Shown: piece by piece, positions 26,830 to 37,558 of the stretch
How the letters are laid out: every line of letters begins with the position of its first letter
How positions within the stretch are numbered: the first letter of the stretch is position 1
DNA from: an uncultured Candidatus Saccharibacteria bacterium
GTDB taxonomy: Bacteria > Patescibacteriota > Saccharimonadia > CAILAD01 > CAZGYV01
Length of the DNA: 64,000 nucleotides
Assembly: GCA_964530725.1 (NCBI GenBank)
Contig: CAZGYV010000002.1
Coordinates: 26,046 to 90,045, forward strand
Direction: 5' to 3'
Made by a program: the position numbers and the translations under genes
Notes under the pieces: model-generated
Told to the model about the DNA's origin: nothing
Seen by the model: only the letters and a program-made list of their open reading frames with translations
Databases searched by the model: none

Positions 26830-28596
26830 TTACTCCTCTCGTATTAATGCTTGATACTCATCCAATAGCGCGGTAGCTTCGGATTTTTTATCAACAGCCT
26901 CAGCTTCAGCAATTTGCTTGGCTAGACGCCGCTTATTAAGTTCTCGGTTATATTTTTGCAAATGATGGACTTGGGTGTAGGCTTCGAGCCTAATATCGTG
27001 CTCGTCGACTGACGAGTATTCTTCTTCTCCCCGTAACGATAGGATTTTAGCATCATTCCCTCGATCTTTCAAGGCTTTGGCAATCTCATTCAAGCTGGCG
27101 TTTGGCTTTTTGGTCAAAGCCGCAAAGATAGGCCGGTTCTGATCCGAGATATCGTCTAGCTTAAGATCAGCTAAAGCTTCCCTGGTGTAGGCAAAAGCCA
27201 GCACGACTTCCAGTAACTGATTCTCGATCGCGATTCTTTTTGGTGGTTTGGCCTTGGTTGAGGGTTGGCTCATCGCTGACTCATCACTCAACTCAGATCT
27301 AGCCATGCTAGGCGAGCTAACATCAACTTGACTCAGCTTACGATGAATCGACTGAGCGCTAATGATCAAACGCTCCGACAGCCGCCTGATGTAGTGATCG
27401 CGCTCGACTTCATCCTGCAACATCTTAATAATTGGCAAAAGAAAATCACTGGCCTGTTTTTTACCCGCCGCTGAACTCAGATCATAGCGTTTGCTGGCCA
27501 AATCGAAAAGATAATCAACCGCGTACTGAGCGTCTTTGACCGCCGCCGCCCAAGCCACCTTGTCCTTTTTAACCAATTCATCGGGGTCTTTGGCGCCACC
27601 TTGAGCGTAATTAATAACACTCAAGCGCACTTTGGCTTCAGCCGCCAGCTCAATCGCTCGAATAGTCGCCGCCACCCCCGCCTCATCACTATCGAGAGCC
27701 AGCTTGATATTCTTCGTTAGCCGGGAGATGATTTTCAATTGCTGAGCGGTCAACGCCGTACCTGAAACGGCCACGACGTTGCGCACATCGGCATTTGCCA
27801 AGCCGATCACGTCCATATTGCCCTCGACGATCACGACCTCATCGCTATCTCGAATCGCTTCTTTGGCCTGGCTAAGACCAAAAATCGCGGTCGACTTGTT
27901 GTAGATCGGAGTTTGCGGCGTATTGATGTATTTGGCCGCCTTGGCCTCATTATCGAGAATTCGCGCCGAAAAGCCGATCGGCCGGCCTTGCACGTCGTAG
28001 ATCGGAAAAATAACACGGCCGCGAAAAAGATCGTAAACCGTTTTTGAGCCCGGCTTGCGGCCAGCCAAGCCACAGGCCACCAGCTCATCTTGCTTAAAGC
28101 CTTTTTTAGTTAAAAAATCAGTCAAAGCCGCCCAGCTGTCCGGCCCGTAGCCAAGCTTGAAAGTCTTAATGACGCCCTTGCTCAAGCCACGCTCTGTAAG
28201 CAAATAGTCAAGTGCGTGCCGATTCCTGGCCAAACAAGCGTGGTAATAGCCGACAGCCAGCTCCATCGCCGCATAAAGCCGCTGCTTATTATCCCTCGGC
28301 ATCTCGCCTCGTCCCCGTGGCTTGAGCTCGACTCCGGCTCGGCGAGCCAAAATCTCCAGTGCTTCACGGAAATCCACCCCTTCCATCATCTGCACAAAGG
28401 TAAAAATATCTCCGCCCTGGCCACTAGAAAAATCATGCCAGATACCTTTGTCTGGACTGACCATGAAGCTGGGTGTTTTTTCCTGCTTAAACGGTGATAA
28501 ACCCTTAAAGTTGCGGCCGGCCGGCTTGAGCTGGACATAACTTCCAACCACCTCGACAACATCAAGACGTTGTTTTATCTCATCAACTTCGTTCAT
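26830..28596 (-). CDS. dnaG: DNA primase
   Basis: PF..EKTPSF (zinc ligands degenerate), KYINTP, VEGNMDV, LDSDEAG, KDPDE. Confidence 0.98.
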   Translation of the reverse strand: MNEVDEIKQRLDVVEVVGSYVQLKPAGRNFKGLSPFKQEKTPSFMVSPDKGIWHDFSSGQGGDIFTFVQMMEGVDFREALEILARRAGVELKPRGRGEMPRDNKQRLYAAMELAVGYYHACLARNRHALDYLLTERGLSKGVIKTFKLGYGPDSWAALTDFLTKKGFKQDELVACGLAGRKPGSKTVYDLFRGRVIFPIYDVQGRPIGFSARILDNEAKAAKYINTPQTPIYNKSTAIFGLSQAKEAIRDSDEVVIVEGNMDVIGLANADVRNVVAVSGTALTAQQLKIISRLTKNIKLALDSDEAGVAATIRAIELAAEAKVRLSVINYAQGGAKDPDELVKKDKVAWAAAVKDAQYAVDYLFDLASKRYDLSSAAGKKQASDFLLPIIKMLQDEVERDHYIRRLSERLIISAQSIHRKLSQVDVSSPSMARSELSDESAMSQPSTKAKPPKRIAIENQLLEVVLAFAYTREALADLKLDDISDQNRPIFAALTKKPNASLNEIAKALKDRGNDAKILSLRGEEEYSSVDEHDIRLEAYTQVHHLQKYNRELNKRRLAKQIAEAEAVDKKSEATALLDEYQALIREE

Positions 28597-28710
28597 ATTA
28601 CTACCTCATGGTTATTATAAGGCAAAAGTTACTCCTAAAGAGGAAAAGAGGCAGCGTCAGAGGTACCGCCTCTTTTCTATGGAGGCATATATCCGACACC
28701 GCCTTGCTTG

Positions 28711-29163
28711 CTAAGCCGCCGGCGGACTAACACCGGGGCCGGTGGATTTCGGGCTACTGAATTTGTCAGTAGCATCTCGGAACTGATCCAGACTACATTT
28801 GCCAATCGGCTCCAGAACCGAGAAGACCTCCTCCAGCTCGAGGGGGACCAAGCGGTCGATCACCTCCTCCAGGGCTTCGCGACCGGGCAAGCCCTCTTCG
28901 TCGAAGCTGCTATACTTCGGCAGCTGCCACAGCAAAAACCGCTTCAGCTCCACTGTGGCGCTCGCCGGGCTACCACGCTCGGATTGACCATCAAAACGCT
29001 CCCAGTCAGAAAAAGAATTAGCGATGAGAAGATCGATGTCTTGCTGGTAGTTGATCCAGCTGGGGAGTAAACCCGCCCGCTTGAACCAAGTGATCAGGCT
29101 GGTGTAGAAACGACGGCGCGCTTCTGACCCGTACTGCCGATTGATGAGATCGTAAATATCCAC
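28711..29163 (-). CDS. hypothetical protein
   Basis: SD GGAG before GTG; terminator hairpin at about 28640-28678. Confidence 0.65.
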   Translation of the reverse strand: MDIYDLINRQYGSEARRRFYTSLITWFKRAGLLPSWINYQQDIDLLIANSFSDWERFDGQSERGSPASATVELKRFLLWQLPKYSSFDEEGLPGREALEEVIDRLVPLELEEVFSVLEPIGKCSLDQFRDATDKFSSPKSTGPGVSPPAA

Positions 29164-29333
29164 CCTACTCCGCCTTTTTTGTGGTACTAAGGATAGAGCT
29201 ATCCTCTTAAGAGCAGATTATACAAACAATTAGCGAAAAAAGCTACTGTAATGCCTATAAATTGGTGGCGGCCGCACCTCTTCTATTAAGGAGACTATAC
29301 CCCTTTAAAGAGATGCGACCGCTTGAGTAGCCC

Positions 29334-29675
29334 CTAGCCCGCTATTGTCACGCCTCCTCGTCGCGCGATCGGATAGGTCCCGACGTTGCGACGTGCGCGA
29401 GCAAGGTTGCGCTTGAAGTGCCGGCGCTCTTCTTCTGTCAGCTGCGCCTTCACCCCAAGGTAGGCCTTGCGATTCGCCGTCCGGCTGCACCCCGTGCTTC
29501 TGAGGTAGACCCGGCGCAAACGTTTGGCCGCCACGATCAGCTGACCGCGCCGGTCACCCTTTTTCACGCCGGACTGCCTGAGCAGCTTTGCCACATGGCC
29601 CATCAGCTCATCATGTGACTGACCGCGATAGCAGTCATCAATGGACTTGGGCTTTTTATGGTTTTTTCTCCCCAA
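29334..29675 (-). CDS. hypothetical basic protein
   Basis: 113-aa Arg/Lys-rich ORF; SD AGGA. Confidence 0.55.
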   Translation of the reverse strand: MGRKNHKKPKSIDDCYRGQSHDELMGHVAKLLRQSGVKKGDRRGQLIVAAKRLRRVYLRSTGCSRTANRKAYLGVKAQLTEEERRHFKRNLARARRNVGTYPIARRGGVTIAG

Positions 29676-29811
29676 GACATCATCCTGGTTCGGTCGATCG
29701 GCCGCCCCGATCGGACTAATCTAATATTACCATATTCTAACCTGTAGGAACAACCTATGAATAGTTTCTAGCAATCAAAAAAGGCAACAGAGACAATGAT
29801 CTGTCGCCCCT

Positions 29812-29850
29812 CCAGGGGGAGCGGTGCCTGTATGACACCGCTCCCCCTGG
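29812..29850. terminator. perfect 15-bp inverted repeat downstream of an ORFan
   Basis: CCAGGGGGAGCGGTG/CACCGCTCCCCCTGG; a second hairpin with a U tract lies at about 29777-29808 (minus). Confidence 0.6.
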
Positions 29851-29866
29851 CAAAACTCCGCTTTTT

Positions 29867-30670
29867 TCAGGACACCAGGAGTGGGTTGACTCCCATGTAG
29901 TCCTGGTAGCTGGGTCGTGTGTGACTCAACGCCGCGGGGCGGCCATAGCAGCCTTCCCGAGCAGCAGTGACATCATCACCACCATCGTAGTCACTGATCA
30001 CCCCGGCCAGCACACGCGTGCCGCAACGACAGTCGCCGCTGTGACGATGGACAAAGATTGTATGAGATTCAACCTCATCCAATCCCCAAAGCTCGATCAG
30101 CTCGAGCCCTTCGTCCATCTGGTCCAGCTCATCCCGTGAAGGTTCGCGCAGTTGCCCCAGATCAACTTCTTCTTCAAAGTCGATCTCTTCTCTGGCAGCT
30201 CGTTTATCGAGCAGGATATCGTACTTCTCGTGTACGATATCATCAGCCAGATGCTCGGCGCAGAGCTTGTCCGACAGTCGCCGCAGCCGCTGTCGAGTTT
30301 GCCCGAGCCTTACCCGATGGCCAGCGATGCCCCACATCTCTTCTTGGATGTAGCACATCAGCTCGCCCGTCGGATCATCGATACCGAGCCAGGTCATGAT
30401 CTTGCCGGCATGTCTTGCGACGCGCCCAGCAAAGATCTGGCGTGGCCGATGCAGCTCCTCAGAGATCGCGCCTCTGAACGCTGCCGAGTAGACGATGTGG
30501 CGTACCTGCTCAATGGACATGCCGCGTCCACCAAGCTGACTCCACACCTTGGCCTGAATATAGGTGATAAATCCAGGCCTAGCGGCGGGTTCTCCCTGCT
30601 CGAGAAGCTCTCGATGAACACGTCTTGCGACATGATCATCGAATGTCCTTCTGTTGCAGCAATCTCCCAT
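29867..30670 (-). CDS. hypothetical protein
   Basis: Likely start MGDCCNRR (SD AAGGCGG); promoter-like TTGAAA...TATGGT upstream. Confidence 0.65.
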   Translation of the reverse strand: MGDCCNRRTFDDHVARRVHRELLEQGEPAARPGFITYIQAKVWSQLGGRGMSIEQVRHIVYSAAFRGAISEELHRPRQIFAGRVARHAGKIMTWLGIDDPTGELMCYIQEEMWGIAGHRVRLGQTRQRLRRLSDKLCAEHLADDIVHEKYDILLDKRAAREEIDFEEEVDLGQLREPSRDELDQMDEGLELIELWGLDEVESHTIFVHRHSGDCRCGTRVLAGVISDYDGGDDVTAAREGCYGRPAALSHTRPSYQDYMGVNPLLVS

Positions 30671-31022
30671 TATTCGACCGCCTTGGTCATTTTTGCTATG
30701 TTGTAGTGGTGCATTGGATGTCTTCCGAGCGGGTGGTCTCGGAAGTTCACTCGCGGATTTGCAAGTGAATAAGGAAACCATACCACATTCGGCAAGTTTT
30801 TTCAATACGTTATGAACAAATACCGTATAAAAATAACAAGGTGGAGAAAACGGTCATCCTTGACCATTCTCCCCACCTTTAAGAGGACTAGATTTTTCGA
30901 GAAATTTTCTAGCTGTGGCGCTGCACAACGAAATCACATCGACGCGCGGTAGTAACTTGGTTGATACCGCGATCAAGCTCACGCTGGGTCAATACTCGCC
31001 GGGCACAGCGATAGCATTGCTG

Positions 31023-31247
31023 TCAGCCTTCAGCGACATTCGAACCGTGCTCGATGACGCGCAGCCGCAGTTCACCAGCGTCACACACCCTATCCGCAGC
31101 CCACTCGAGCAACGACTCAATCACACCTTCCGTCTGCAAGCGAGCATAGCGTCGACCGCCTAGCCGTTCATGTACCACGCGCTCAACTTCTTCGCACAAA
31201 ATTTCTTTGATTTTCACTTTTCCCCTATCTGATAAGCTACCAGACAC
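31023..31247 (-). CDS. small hypothetical protein (start uncertain)
   Basis: 74-aa ORF; weak support. Confidence 0.3.
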   Translation of the reverse strand: MSGSLSDRGKVKIKEILCEEVERVVHERLGGRRYARLQTEGVIESLLEWAADRVCDAGELRLRVIEHGSNVAEG

Positions 31248-31270
31248 AGTAAGGAATTATAGTCCAAAAC

Positions 31271-31825
31271 TCAAGAATTATCAAGTATGATCTTCAGCAC
31301 GCTTGGCAGCTCGTTGACGCCTTTTAGGCCCGCGAAGTGCCCCTTTCCAGGATCGAGAATCAACTCACCGTCAAGCTGATCATTAAGCCAGCGAGTCTGA
31401 CTCGGCAGCACGACGCGATCATTGTCAGAATAAACACTGTAAATCGCCCGCGCTCTGGTCCTTATCTTGTTAAAGTCTAGCGTAGGCGCGAAGTACTGAT
31501 GGTGTTCCGGATTGGCCGGTACAGCGAAGCCGGCCACTAAAATCAGCTTGCCCAAATGGCCTTCGCCGTGGTAGCGCTCGAGAAAACGCAATAATAAAAA
31601 GCACCCCAAGCTGTGCCCCACCAGCGCGGTTTGCTCATCGATCTCGCCTGTCGCAGCCCGCACCGCCTCGAGCCAGCGCTCCAAGTTCGGCCGACGCGGG
31701 CTAGGCATGGCTGGTGCTACCACCTCCACGCCGCGGGATTTAAGCTCGGATGCCAGCCACCCCATCCAGCCGCGGGTCGGGTCGTCGCCAAAGCCGTGAA
31801 TTATAACCACTCGCTGTATTTTCAT
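31271..31825 (-). CDS. RBBP9/YdeN-family alpha/beta hydrolase
   Basis: IIHGF, W..WL, GHSLG, SDND..V, GHF. Confidence 0.93.
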   Translation of the reverse strand: MKIQRVVIIHGFGDDPTRGWMGWLASELKSRGVEVVAPAMPSPRRPNLERWLEAVRAATGEIDEQTALVGHSLGCFLLLRFLERYHGEGHLGKLILVAGFAVPANPEHHQYFAPTLDFNKIRTRARAIYSVYSDNDRVVLPSQTRWLNDQLDGELILDPGKGHFAGLKGVNELPSVLKIILDNS

Positions 31826-31856
31826 AAGGCTTCATTGTACCACGACCTGATTTTGG

Positions 31857-32585
31857 CTATTTCCAGCTGAAAGATTCAATGCTCTTTTCAATGTCAGATT
31901 TAGCAGCCTTATCAATCGGATTGTAAAACCAGCCAATCATAAAAAATTTACCATTACGCACCCCAAAGTAATGCGACATAACAACCTTTTGCTTATCACC
32001 TATGTCCTGCTCCGTAACAATCTTACGAGCCGCCGCACCACCAAGACTGGCCGCCTCGCTACTAATCTGACTACCCTTACCAGAGATCATCTGATTAATA
32101 ACTTTTTCAAACATAGCGTTAATCTTGCTAGTATATTCTTGTGAAGAAAGCTTGGTATCGGCTGGTTTTTTTGTAGCACTGGCAATAACGCCGCCAGACC
32201 CTTGTTTGGCCTGGTCAATCACGCAATAATCCTCTGTCTTTTGCTGTTCGACCACTTGATCAGCCAAGCCCGTTTGCTTGGTATAATTTACCGGCAAGCT
32301 GAGTTCAAAGCACTCGGTCGCGAAAACTTTTGGCGCGCTATAGACCACTTTGTAGTACCACCAGCCCAAAGCCGCAAATACGACTACGAAAACCAACCCT
32401 AACATTACAAGTAGTGCAGTCAGACGACGGCGTTTTCTGTGGCCACGGTCTACATCAGCCGCCAGATGGTCTGGGCTAACAACGTGTACGTTGCTGGTAG
32501 GATAAGACGCTTGCTCAGGAAAAGCCGCTGAAGAATCTTTTGGCTGACTAGATGCTGCTTGCGAATCTGGATTTGGCTCAGCCAT
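31857..32585 (-). CDS. membrane-anchored protein with PsbP-like extracellular domain
   Basis: One TM helix; FELSLP.NY, LGGAAARK, SIESFSWK end. Confidence 0.7.
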   Translation of the reverse strand: MAEPNPDSQAASSQPKDSSAAFPEQASYPTSNVHVVSPDHLAADVDRGHRKRRRLTALLVMLGLVFVVVFAALGWWYYKVVYSAPKVFATECFELSLPVNYTKQTGLADQVVEQQKTEDYCVIDQAKQGSGGVIASATKKPADTKLSSQEYTSKINAMFEKVINQMISGKGSQISSEAASLGGAAARKIVTEQDIGDKQKVVMSHYFGVRNGKFFMIGWFYNPIDKAAKSDIEKSIESFSWK

Positions 32586-32603
32586 CGCTCGCTACAAAAG
32601 CCT

Positions 32604-34295
32604 TTATTTCCAGTTCCAATGTTCGAGTGCGTTATCGAAGTTTTTCTTCGAGAAATCGTCGTTGTAGCTACCGGCGATGATAAAGCCGCGGGCCTTCAAA
32701 TTGTCACTGCTATAACGATCACGGCCAAAGTCCACCGACACCATTACGTCTGGGAAATTCTCCATACTCGAAGCACCAGAGAAAATTAATTTTTGCGCTT
32801 CCAGCCCGCCGACCATAATTTTTGTCTCCGACTCCAGCTTGATCGTCTGATCGACACCCGATTTGAAATAGCCAATTACGTTGTCAAAATTCACTTTATC
32901 GGCCGCGGTGTAAGGCAATATTTGTAAATTACTAGCCCGCTGCGCTCCATAAACCGCCCCAAAAACACACCAATCGTTGTAAAACGGCTGGTTGTCTTTT
33001 AGTATGACCGTCTCCCAACACGGACCTTCGATGCCACTATAGTCGCTGACTATTTGACTCGTTGGGATGGAATCAAACAGCGAGCCCACCACCGACGGCG
33101 CGGCCGTAGTTGGAATATTGGTCGTCGTTAGCTTTTTCGAAGCTGTTGCCTTGGCAGGCGATTGGACGTAATTGGCTTTGCGCTTGGTGATATTAAATGA
33201 TTCCCCCGAGCTGTTGCCATTTTTTTGACCCTCCATGCCGCCTAAATAATTTTCAATGCTGTAGTCCGAGCTATTTGTTTGTTCAGTTTTTTGGTCTTCT
33301 TTTGCTGGGGTTGAATTTTTGTTCGTTTCAGACTTGCCGCTGGTGAATATTTTGACAATCTGATCTCGAGTTGGGCTGTAGGCCATCGCGCTGCCGGCAC
33401 CCAAAATCACCATCGCGACGATCGCTGCGGCGGCTATACGCACACCTTTTTTGCCTGCCTTCTTGGCTGCGGGAGTAGTTTTGTCGCCTAGCGCGTGGCC
33501 ACCCGATAAATGCTTTTCTTCTGGGAAACCAGTTTTTTTGTTGTCTGGCTCAGTATCAGCCGGCTTCCGAGCGCGCACGTCAGCTACCACTACATTGTTT
33601 AGCCGCACGGCCTTGGGCCCGTCTTCCTGCTCAGGTGTATCAGCTGCCATGTCCTCGCTGGAGCTGGGCGTTGCTTCAACCTGGACTGGCATATCCGGTA
33701 CTGTTTGCTCGCGATCAGACGAATAGCTGTCGGCCAAATCCTGCCGCAAATCATCATCAGACCTGTCCGCCTCGGACAATTTATCGGGCGTCGCATCGTC
33801 CTCATCAACTTTCGGCTCAACCTCAATTTTCGTCTCTTTGGCGTCAGATTCAGACTCGTCCTCGACTTTTATATCTTCTTCCTCGGACTGCTTTTCGTCA
33901 TCCCCACCATCGTCCTTCTTATCTTCTACCACCTCTACTTCCAAATCATCAGCATCCTGATCCACGCCAGCCTGCCCCTCGCCAAATGCCCCAGCCGCTT
34001 CGTCAACCGCCTCATTGCCCGTACGCACCGCGCTGCGAATTGGTTCATCGTGCGTCTTGGCAATAATATCATCCAGCTTACTCGATATCGTTCCAGCCTC
34101 CGGCCCGCCAGCAGCACCAGCCGAGTCCGGCCCACCTGCTTCCGGCGCCTTCTTGGTACTATCAGGCGTAAAAACGGCCCCCGGCTTGTAGCTCAAAGCT
34201 GGCGGCTCGTCGTGGGCATGCAAAGTCCGGCTGTCACCAGGTCCTTCCGACTTGCCGGCAAACAAATTTACCTTGTCTAGTGTCTCGTCATTCAT
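32604..34295 (-). CDS. membrane-anchored protein with long acidic cytoplasmic region
   Basis: D/E-rich N-terminus, one TM helix, C-terminal domain ending VGGLEAQK...LEHWNWK, similar in style to the neighbouring gene. Confidence 0.75.
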   Translation of the reverse strand: MNDETLDKVNLFAGKSEGPGDSRTLHAHDEPPALSYKPGAVFTPDSTKKAPEAGGPDSAGAAGGPEAGTISSKLDDIIAKTHDEPIRSAVRTGNEAVDEAAGAFGEGQAGVDQDADDLEVEVVEDKKDDGGDDEKQSEEEDIKVEDESESDAKETKIEVEPKVDEDDATPDKLSEADRSDDDLRQDLADSYSSDREQTVPDMPVQVEATPSSSEDMAADTPEQEDGPKAVRLNNVVVADVRARKPADTEPDNKKTGFPEEKHLSGGHALGDKTTPAAKKAGKKGVRIAAAAIVAMVILGAGSAMAYSPTRDQIVKIFTSGKSETNKNSTPAKEDQKTEQTNSSDYSIENYLGGMEGQKNGNSSGESFNITKRKANYVQSPAKATASKKLTTTNIPTTAAPSVVGSLFDSIPTSQIVSDYSGIEGPCWETVILKDNQPFYNDWCVFGAVYGAQRASNLQILPYTAADKVNFDNVIGYFKSGVDQTIKLESETKIMVGGLEAQKLIFSGASSMENFPDVMVSVDFGRDRYSSDNLKARGFIIAGSYNDDFSKKNFDNALEHWNWK

Positions 34296-34339
34296 AACAA
34301 CTTTAACTTTATTATATCAGCTCGAATGGCAATACAAAA

Positions 34340-35248
34340 TCACCGATGCTGGTCAGTACGGGCGGCCATGTATTTGTCATAGCTCGACCAATTCCCGCCC
34401 AGAAGCGACATAATCAGCTCAACCCCCAGATCGACCGTTTTACCATCAATATCTCGGCTCGGATTGACTTCGACCAAATCAATTGCCCGCACCTGAAGTC
34501 CTGCCAGCCGACGGGTCAGATAGCTAATCTCGCGGTAGTTCAAGCCGCCGTGATTGACAATCCCCGTACCCGGCGCGAATTGGCCGTCAATCGAGTCAAT
34601 ATCAAGGCTGACATGCACCGGCCGATGGCCAATTTTATCGACCACCTCGCCCGTCACGGCCGCTATACCGCGCTCAGTAATCTCATCCATCGTAATATAA
34701 CGAATCTTGTGCCGCGTGAGATAGCGATACTCGGCCTCATCAATATCCTTCACCCCAATAATAAAAACATCCTCATAGGCATACTTTCTGTGTTCAAACC
34801 GACCATAAAGCGCGTCACCCATAGCCGTTGAGAGCGGCATGCCGTGAATGTAGCCTGACAAGCTATCAGCCGGGCTGCTGCAATCAGGATGTGCGTCGAT
34901 GTAGACCACACAAGCCTCCGGCCAGAGCGCCTTGCTGGCGAAGAGCGAGCCAATACCGATCGAGTGATCACCACCCAGCACGACCGCGCGGCCGCGCGGA
35001 CTAACCTCACTTACCAGCTGGTGATAGAGCGCTTGATTAAATTCCACCAAGGCATCGAGGTTGTAGAGGTTTTGTTTGAGCTCATGCGTTGGCTCGTGAT
35101 CGGCGATCGGCTCCAAAATTTCAAAATCAATTTTATTACCCGCCAGCGCATCAGTCAGGCCGCCATTCAAAATAGCCATTGGCGCGAGTTCGGTGCCGTG
35201 ATTTGAGAGTGTGCCGAGGCTGGTGCCCGCCTGAATAAGCTTTAACAT
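34340..35248 (-). CDS. rocF: arginase (ureohydrolase family)
   Basis: GGDHS, DAHPD, HGMP, SLDIDSID, APGTG, VEVNP. Confidence 0.9.
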   Translation of the reverse strand: MLKLIQAGTSLGTLSNHGTELAPMAILNGGLTDALAGNKIDFEILEPIADHEPTHELKQNLYNLDALVEFNQALYHQLVSEVSPRGRAVVLGGDHSIGIGSLFASKALWPEACVVYIDAHPDCSSPADSLSGYIHGMPLSTAMGDALYGRFEHRKYAYEDVFIIGVKDIDEAEYRYLTRHKIRYITMDEITERGIAAVTGEVVDKIGHRPVHVSLDIDSIDGQFAPGTGIVNHGGLNYREISYLTRRLAGLQVRAIDLVEVNPSRDIDGKTVDLGVELIMSLLGGNWSSYDKYMAARTDQHR

Positions 35249-35306
35249 GCTAATGATTATTATACACTTTTTGCCAACTCAAAGTCCTCGTCGTTATAAT
35301 GTAAAT

Positions 35307-36335
35307 ATGAAAATAGAAGGCATCCCCAATCACCCCGAATCAGCCACCAGCTCCGGCGAGCAACTGGCACCGTACCAGTACAAAATTCTCAACCGCGAAT
35401 ACTACGAGCAACACCTCGGCGGCCACGGCGTCGAGGCCGAGTGGCCCTCAGACGAAGCCATGCGCGCCGAATACGTCGGCTTAACCTTCGATCTGATCGA
35501 ACAAGTCATTGAGGGAAAATATGACACCGTACTATTCCTCGATAAGTCTGGCCGGCCGGTCTCGTGGCTGATGTCCGAGCTATGGGGTAGCTTCACCGAC
35601 CAAGAAAGGCCCGAGATCAAGTTTGTCAACATCGACGCCAATCGCCTGCTCGGCTACGCCGAAGACGCACCGCGGCCTACACCTGAGGAAATAAGCGCTT
35701 TCTCGCCAACGGATCAAGATATTCACGAGATTAGGCAGATTTATAGCCCCAACCAAGCTCGAGATGATACTACCTATCTGGACAATAAAAATATTCTAGT
35801 AGTTGACGAGATCAGAGTCTCGGGTGCGACGGCTGACATTACCGAAAAGCTACTCACTAGCGCCTTCCCGAGCGCCCGATTTGAGCAGTACCACTGGCTA
35901 ACTGGCGCTACCCGCACGACGGCCAGCTATGCCAAGGGCCAGGAGCAGCGCCAAACTCTTGTCACCAAATTGCCGGTTTGGTATCACTCCACCGATCCGC
36001 GCGGCCGCGGCGTTGGCGACGTTGAAGCTGGCAAGAGCAAGTTCCTCTCCAGTCCGCAAATTACCTACCAGCCTTCTAATATGGAAGAAATAACCGTCTC
36101 GGGCGCCCAAGAAGAGCTTAGCCTTGATTTACGTTCTGATATAGCCCGCCTAGCCAGTGAAGTTAAAAGCGGCCGCCAAGGTGTCCAGCCCCGCGGCGAG
36201 GACAAATATTATTATCATACGCATGCGGATGGGCGGATCGACTACGACCAGCCGCGCTTCAAGCTCATGCCAGCCGATCCGCATGCCTACGCCGAGCACG
36301 TGGCGGCAGAAAAAGCCAAGCAAGCCCAGGTCTAA
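35307..36335 (+). CDS. hypothetical protein with PRTase-like motif
   Basis: FLDKSGRPV and ILVVDEIRVSGAT; ATG 35307 lies just after TATAAT. Confidence 0.7.
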   Translation: MKIEGIPNHPESATSSGEQLAPYQYKILNREYYEQHLGGHGVEAEWPSDEAMRAEYVGLTFDLIEQVIEGKYDTVLFLDKSGRPVSWLMSELWGSFTDQERPEIKFVNIDANRLLGYAEDAPRPTPEEISAFSPTDQDIHEIRQIYSPNQARDDTTYLDNKNILVVDEIRVSGATADITEKLLTSAFPSARFEQYHWLTGATRTTASYAKGQEQRQTLVTKLPVWYHSTDPRGRGVGDVEAGKSKFLSSPQITYQPSNMEEITVSGAQEELSLDLRSDIARLASEVKSGRQGVQPRGEDKYYYHTHADGRIDYDQPRFKLMPADPHAYAEHVAAEKAKQAQV

Positions 36336-36518
36336 AGCCATTGACTTTTATTATGATATAGTGTATAATTAATAAAGCTTGAATCAGTTTCTGGTTTCGA
36401 GCACGTTTTAGAGTTGGCTCAAAGACCTCTTATCAAGGACGGACTACTGGCTTTTTATCAAGAAGCTAGCAGTCCGCTCAAGACTAAGAGACCTTGAGCC
36501 CGACCATGGGGAGAAACC

Positions 36519-36893
36519 ATGGAAGTCATCAACGATACCACCGCCGTCAGCGACCTTATCGAGATCGCTCGCCATCAGCTCGACGAGCTGGAAGCGCTCG
36601 AGGCAGAGTACGCTGGTCATGTCCGGCTCGAACTCTGGCTGGAACAGAAGCGCAAGAGCATCTCGTCGCTGCTCAGCAAGATCGACGACGAGAGCTGCAA
36701 GACCAACGAGCAGTGGGAGGCAATCACCTACCTGGCCAACCTGCTCAAGCGGCTCCGGTGTCGCCTGGAAGCCCTCCAGGCCGACAAAGAGCCAGCCTGG
36801 GCCAGAGGTTTGATCACGCCGACAAGCAGTGTGGTCACCAAAGAGGCTCTGGAGAACCTCGTGAAGACATTCTCCAAGCCACGTCGGCACTAG
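36519..36893 (+). CDS. hypothetical helical protein
   Basis: SD GGGGAG; promoter TTGACT-17-TATAAT at 36341-36369. Confidence 0.7.
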   Translation: MEVINDTTAVSDLIEIARHQLDELEALEAEYAGHVRLELWLEQKRKSISSLLSKIDDESCKTNEQWEAITYLANLLKRLRCRLEALQADKEPAWARGLITPTSSVVTKEALENLVKTFSKPRRH

Positions 36894-37015
36894 CAGCAGT
36901 CATCTCCCTCGCCCCAACAATACTTGGGGCCCAACCTGAGCGCTTTTTATTAGCAAAAGCCTTCAGGCTGGGTTGTATACTGGTGTGCCCAGCACCACGA
37001 CTCCTTGAAGGAGTA

Positions 37016-37450
37016 ATGATGGGCTTGGTTCCGCCAACCGAAAAGCAGATCGCCTACGCAAATAGCTTGGGGATCAAGCACCCCGAGCTACTGACCAAGG
37101 ACGAGCTGTCTCGGGCAATCGATCAGGCGCAGTGGCGGCTCGACTCGCTCGAAAAGCACAAGGAGCTGCTTGGAATTGCCAAACGGCTAGGAGTTGAAAT
37201 CCCGCCGCGGGCAACCTCCAGGCAACTCCATTACCTCATTCGCGAGGCAGTTCCACGGGAGCTTAGCCGCAAGGGCATCATCGAGGGGCAATACGTGACC
37301 TACTCCCGACATGGCGTCTGCCTGGTCGAGAAGTATCATGCCTCCTCGCAGACGATCATCCTGCGGCCAGTCTCTGGTCGCCCCAAAGCACTGACGCTCG
37401 AGGCTCGGCTAGTGGCAATCCACGCCAAAGCCTGCGAGCCGCCGAAGTAA
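37016..37450 (+). CDS. hypothetical protein with PTEKQ-type repeats
   Basis: SD AAGGAG before ATG 37016; PPTEKQIAYA..LGI and a second AKRLGV...ATSRQL unit. Confidence 0.7.
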   Translation: MMGLVPPTEKQIAYANSLGIKHPELLTKDELSRAIDQAQWRLDSLEKHKELLGIAKRLGVEIPPRATSRQLHYLIREAVPRELSRKGIIEGQYVTYSRHGVCLVEKYHASSQTIILRPVSGRPKALTLEARLVAIHAKACEPPK

Positions 37451-37558
37451 ACTCCCCCAGCCCCCAACTTATTCCTTTTTGGGATGGGTTGGGGCGCTCC
37501 CCTTAAGTCATCAAACTTTTGATAGTTTAAGCCGGGGCGAGCTATAATAACTATCGTA

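Noticed and set aside
28420-28520. DnaG lacking zinc-finger cysteines as a novelty
   Set aside because: Zinc-less GLSPF...EKTPSF primase variants are known in other bacteria.
36494-37015. 318-aa ORF as a single gene
   Set aside because: The 5' half overlaps the better ORF 36519-36893; the strong SD sits at ATG 37016.
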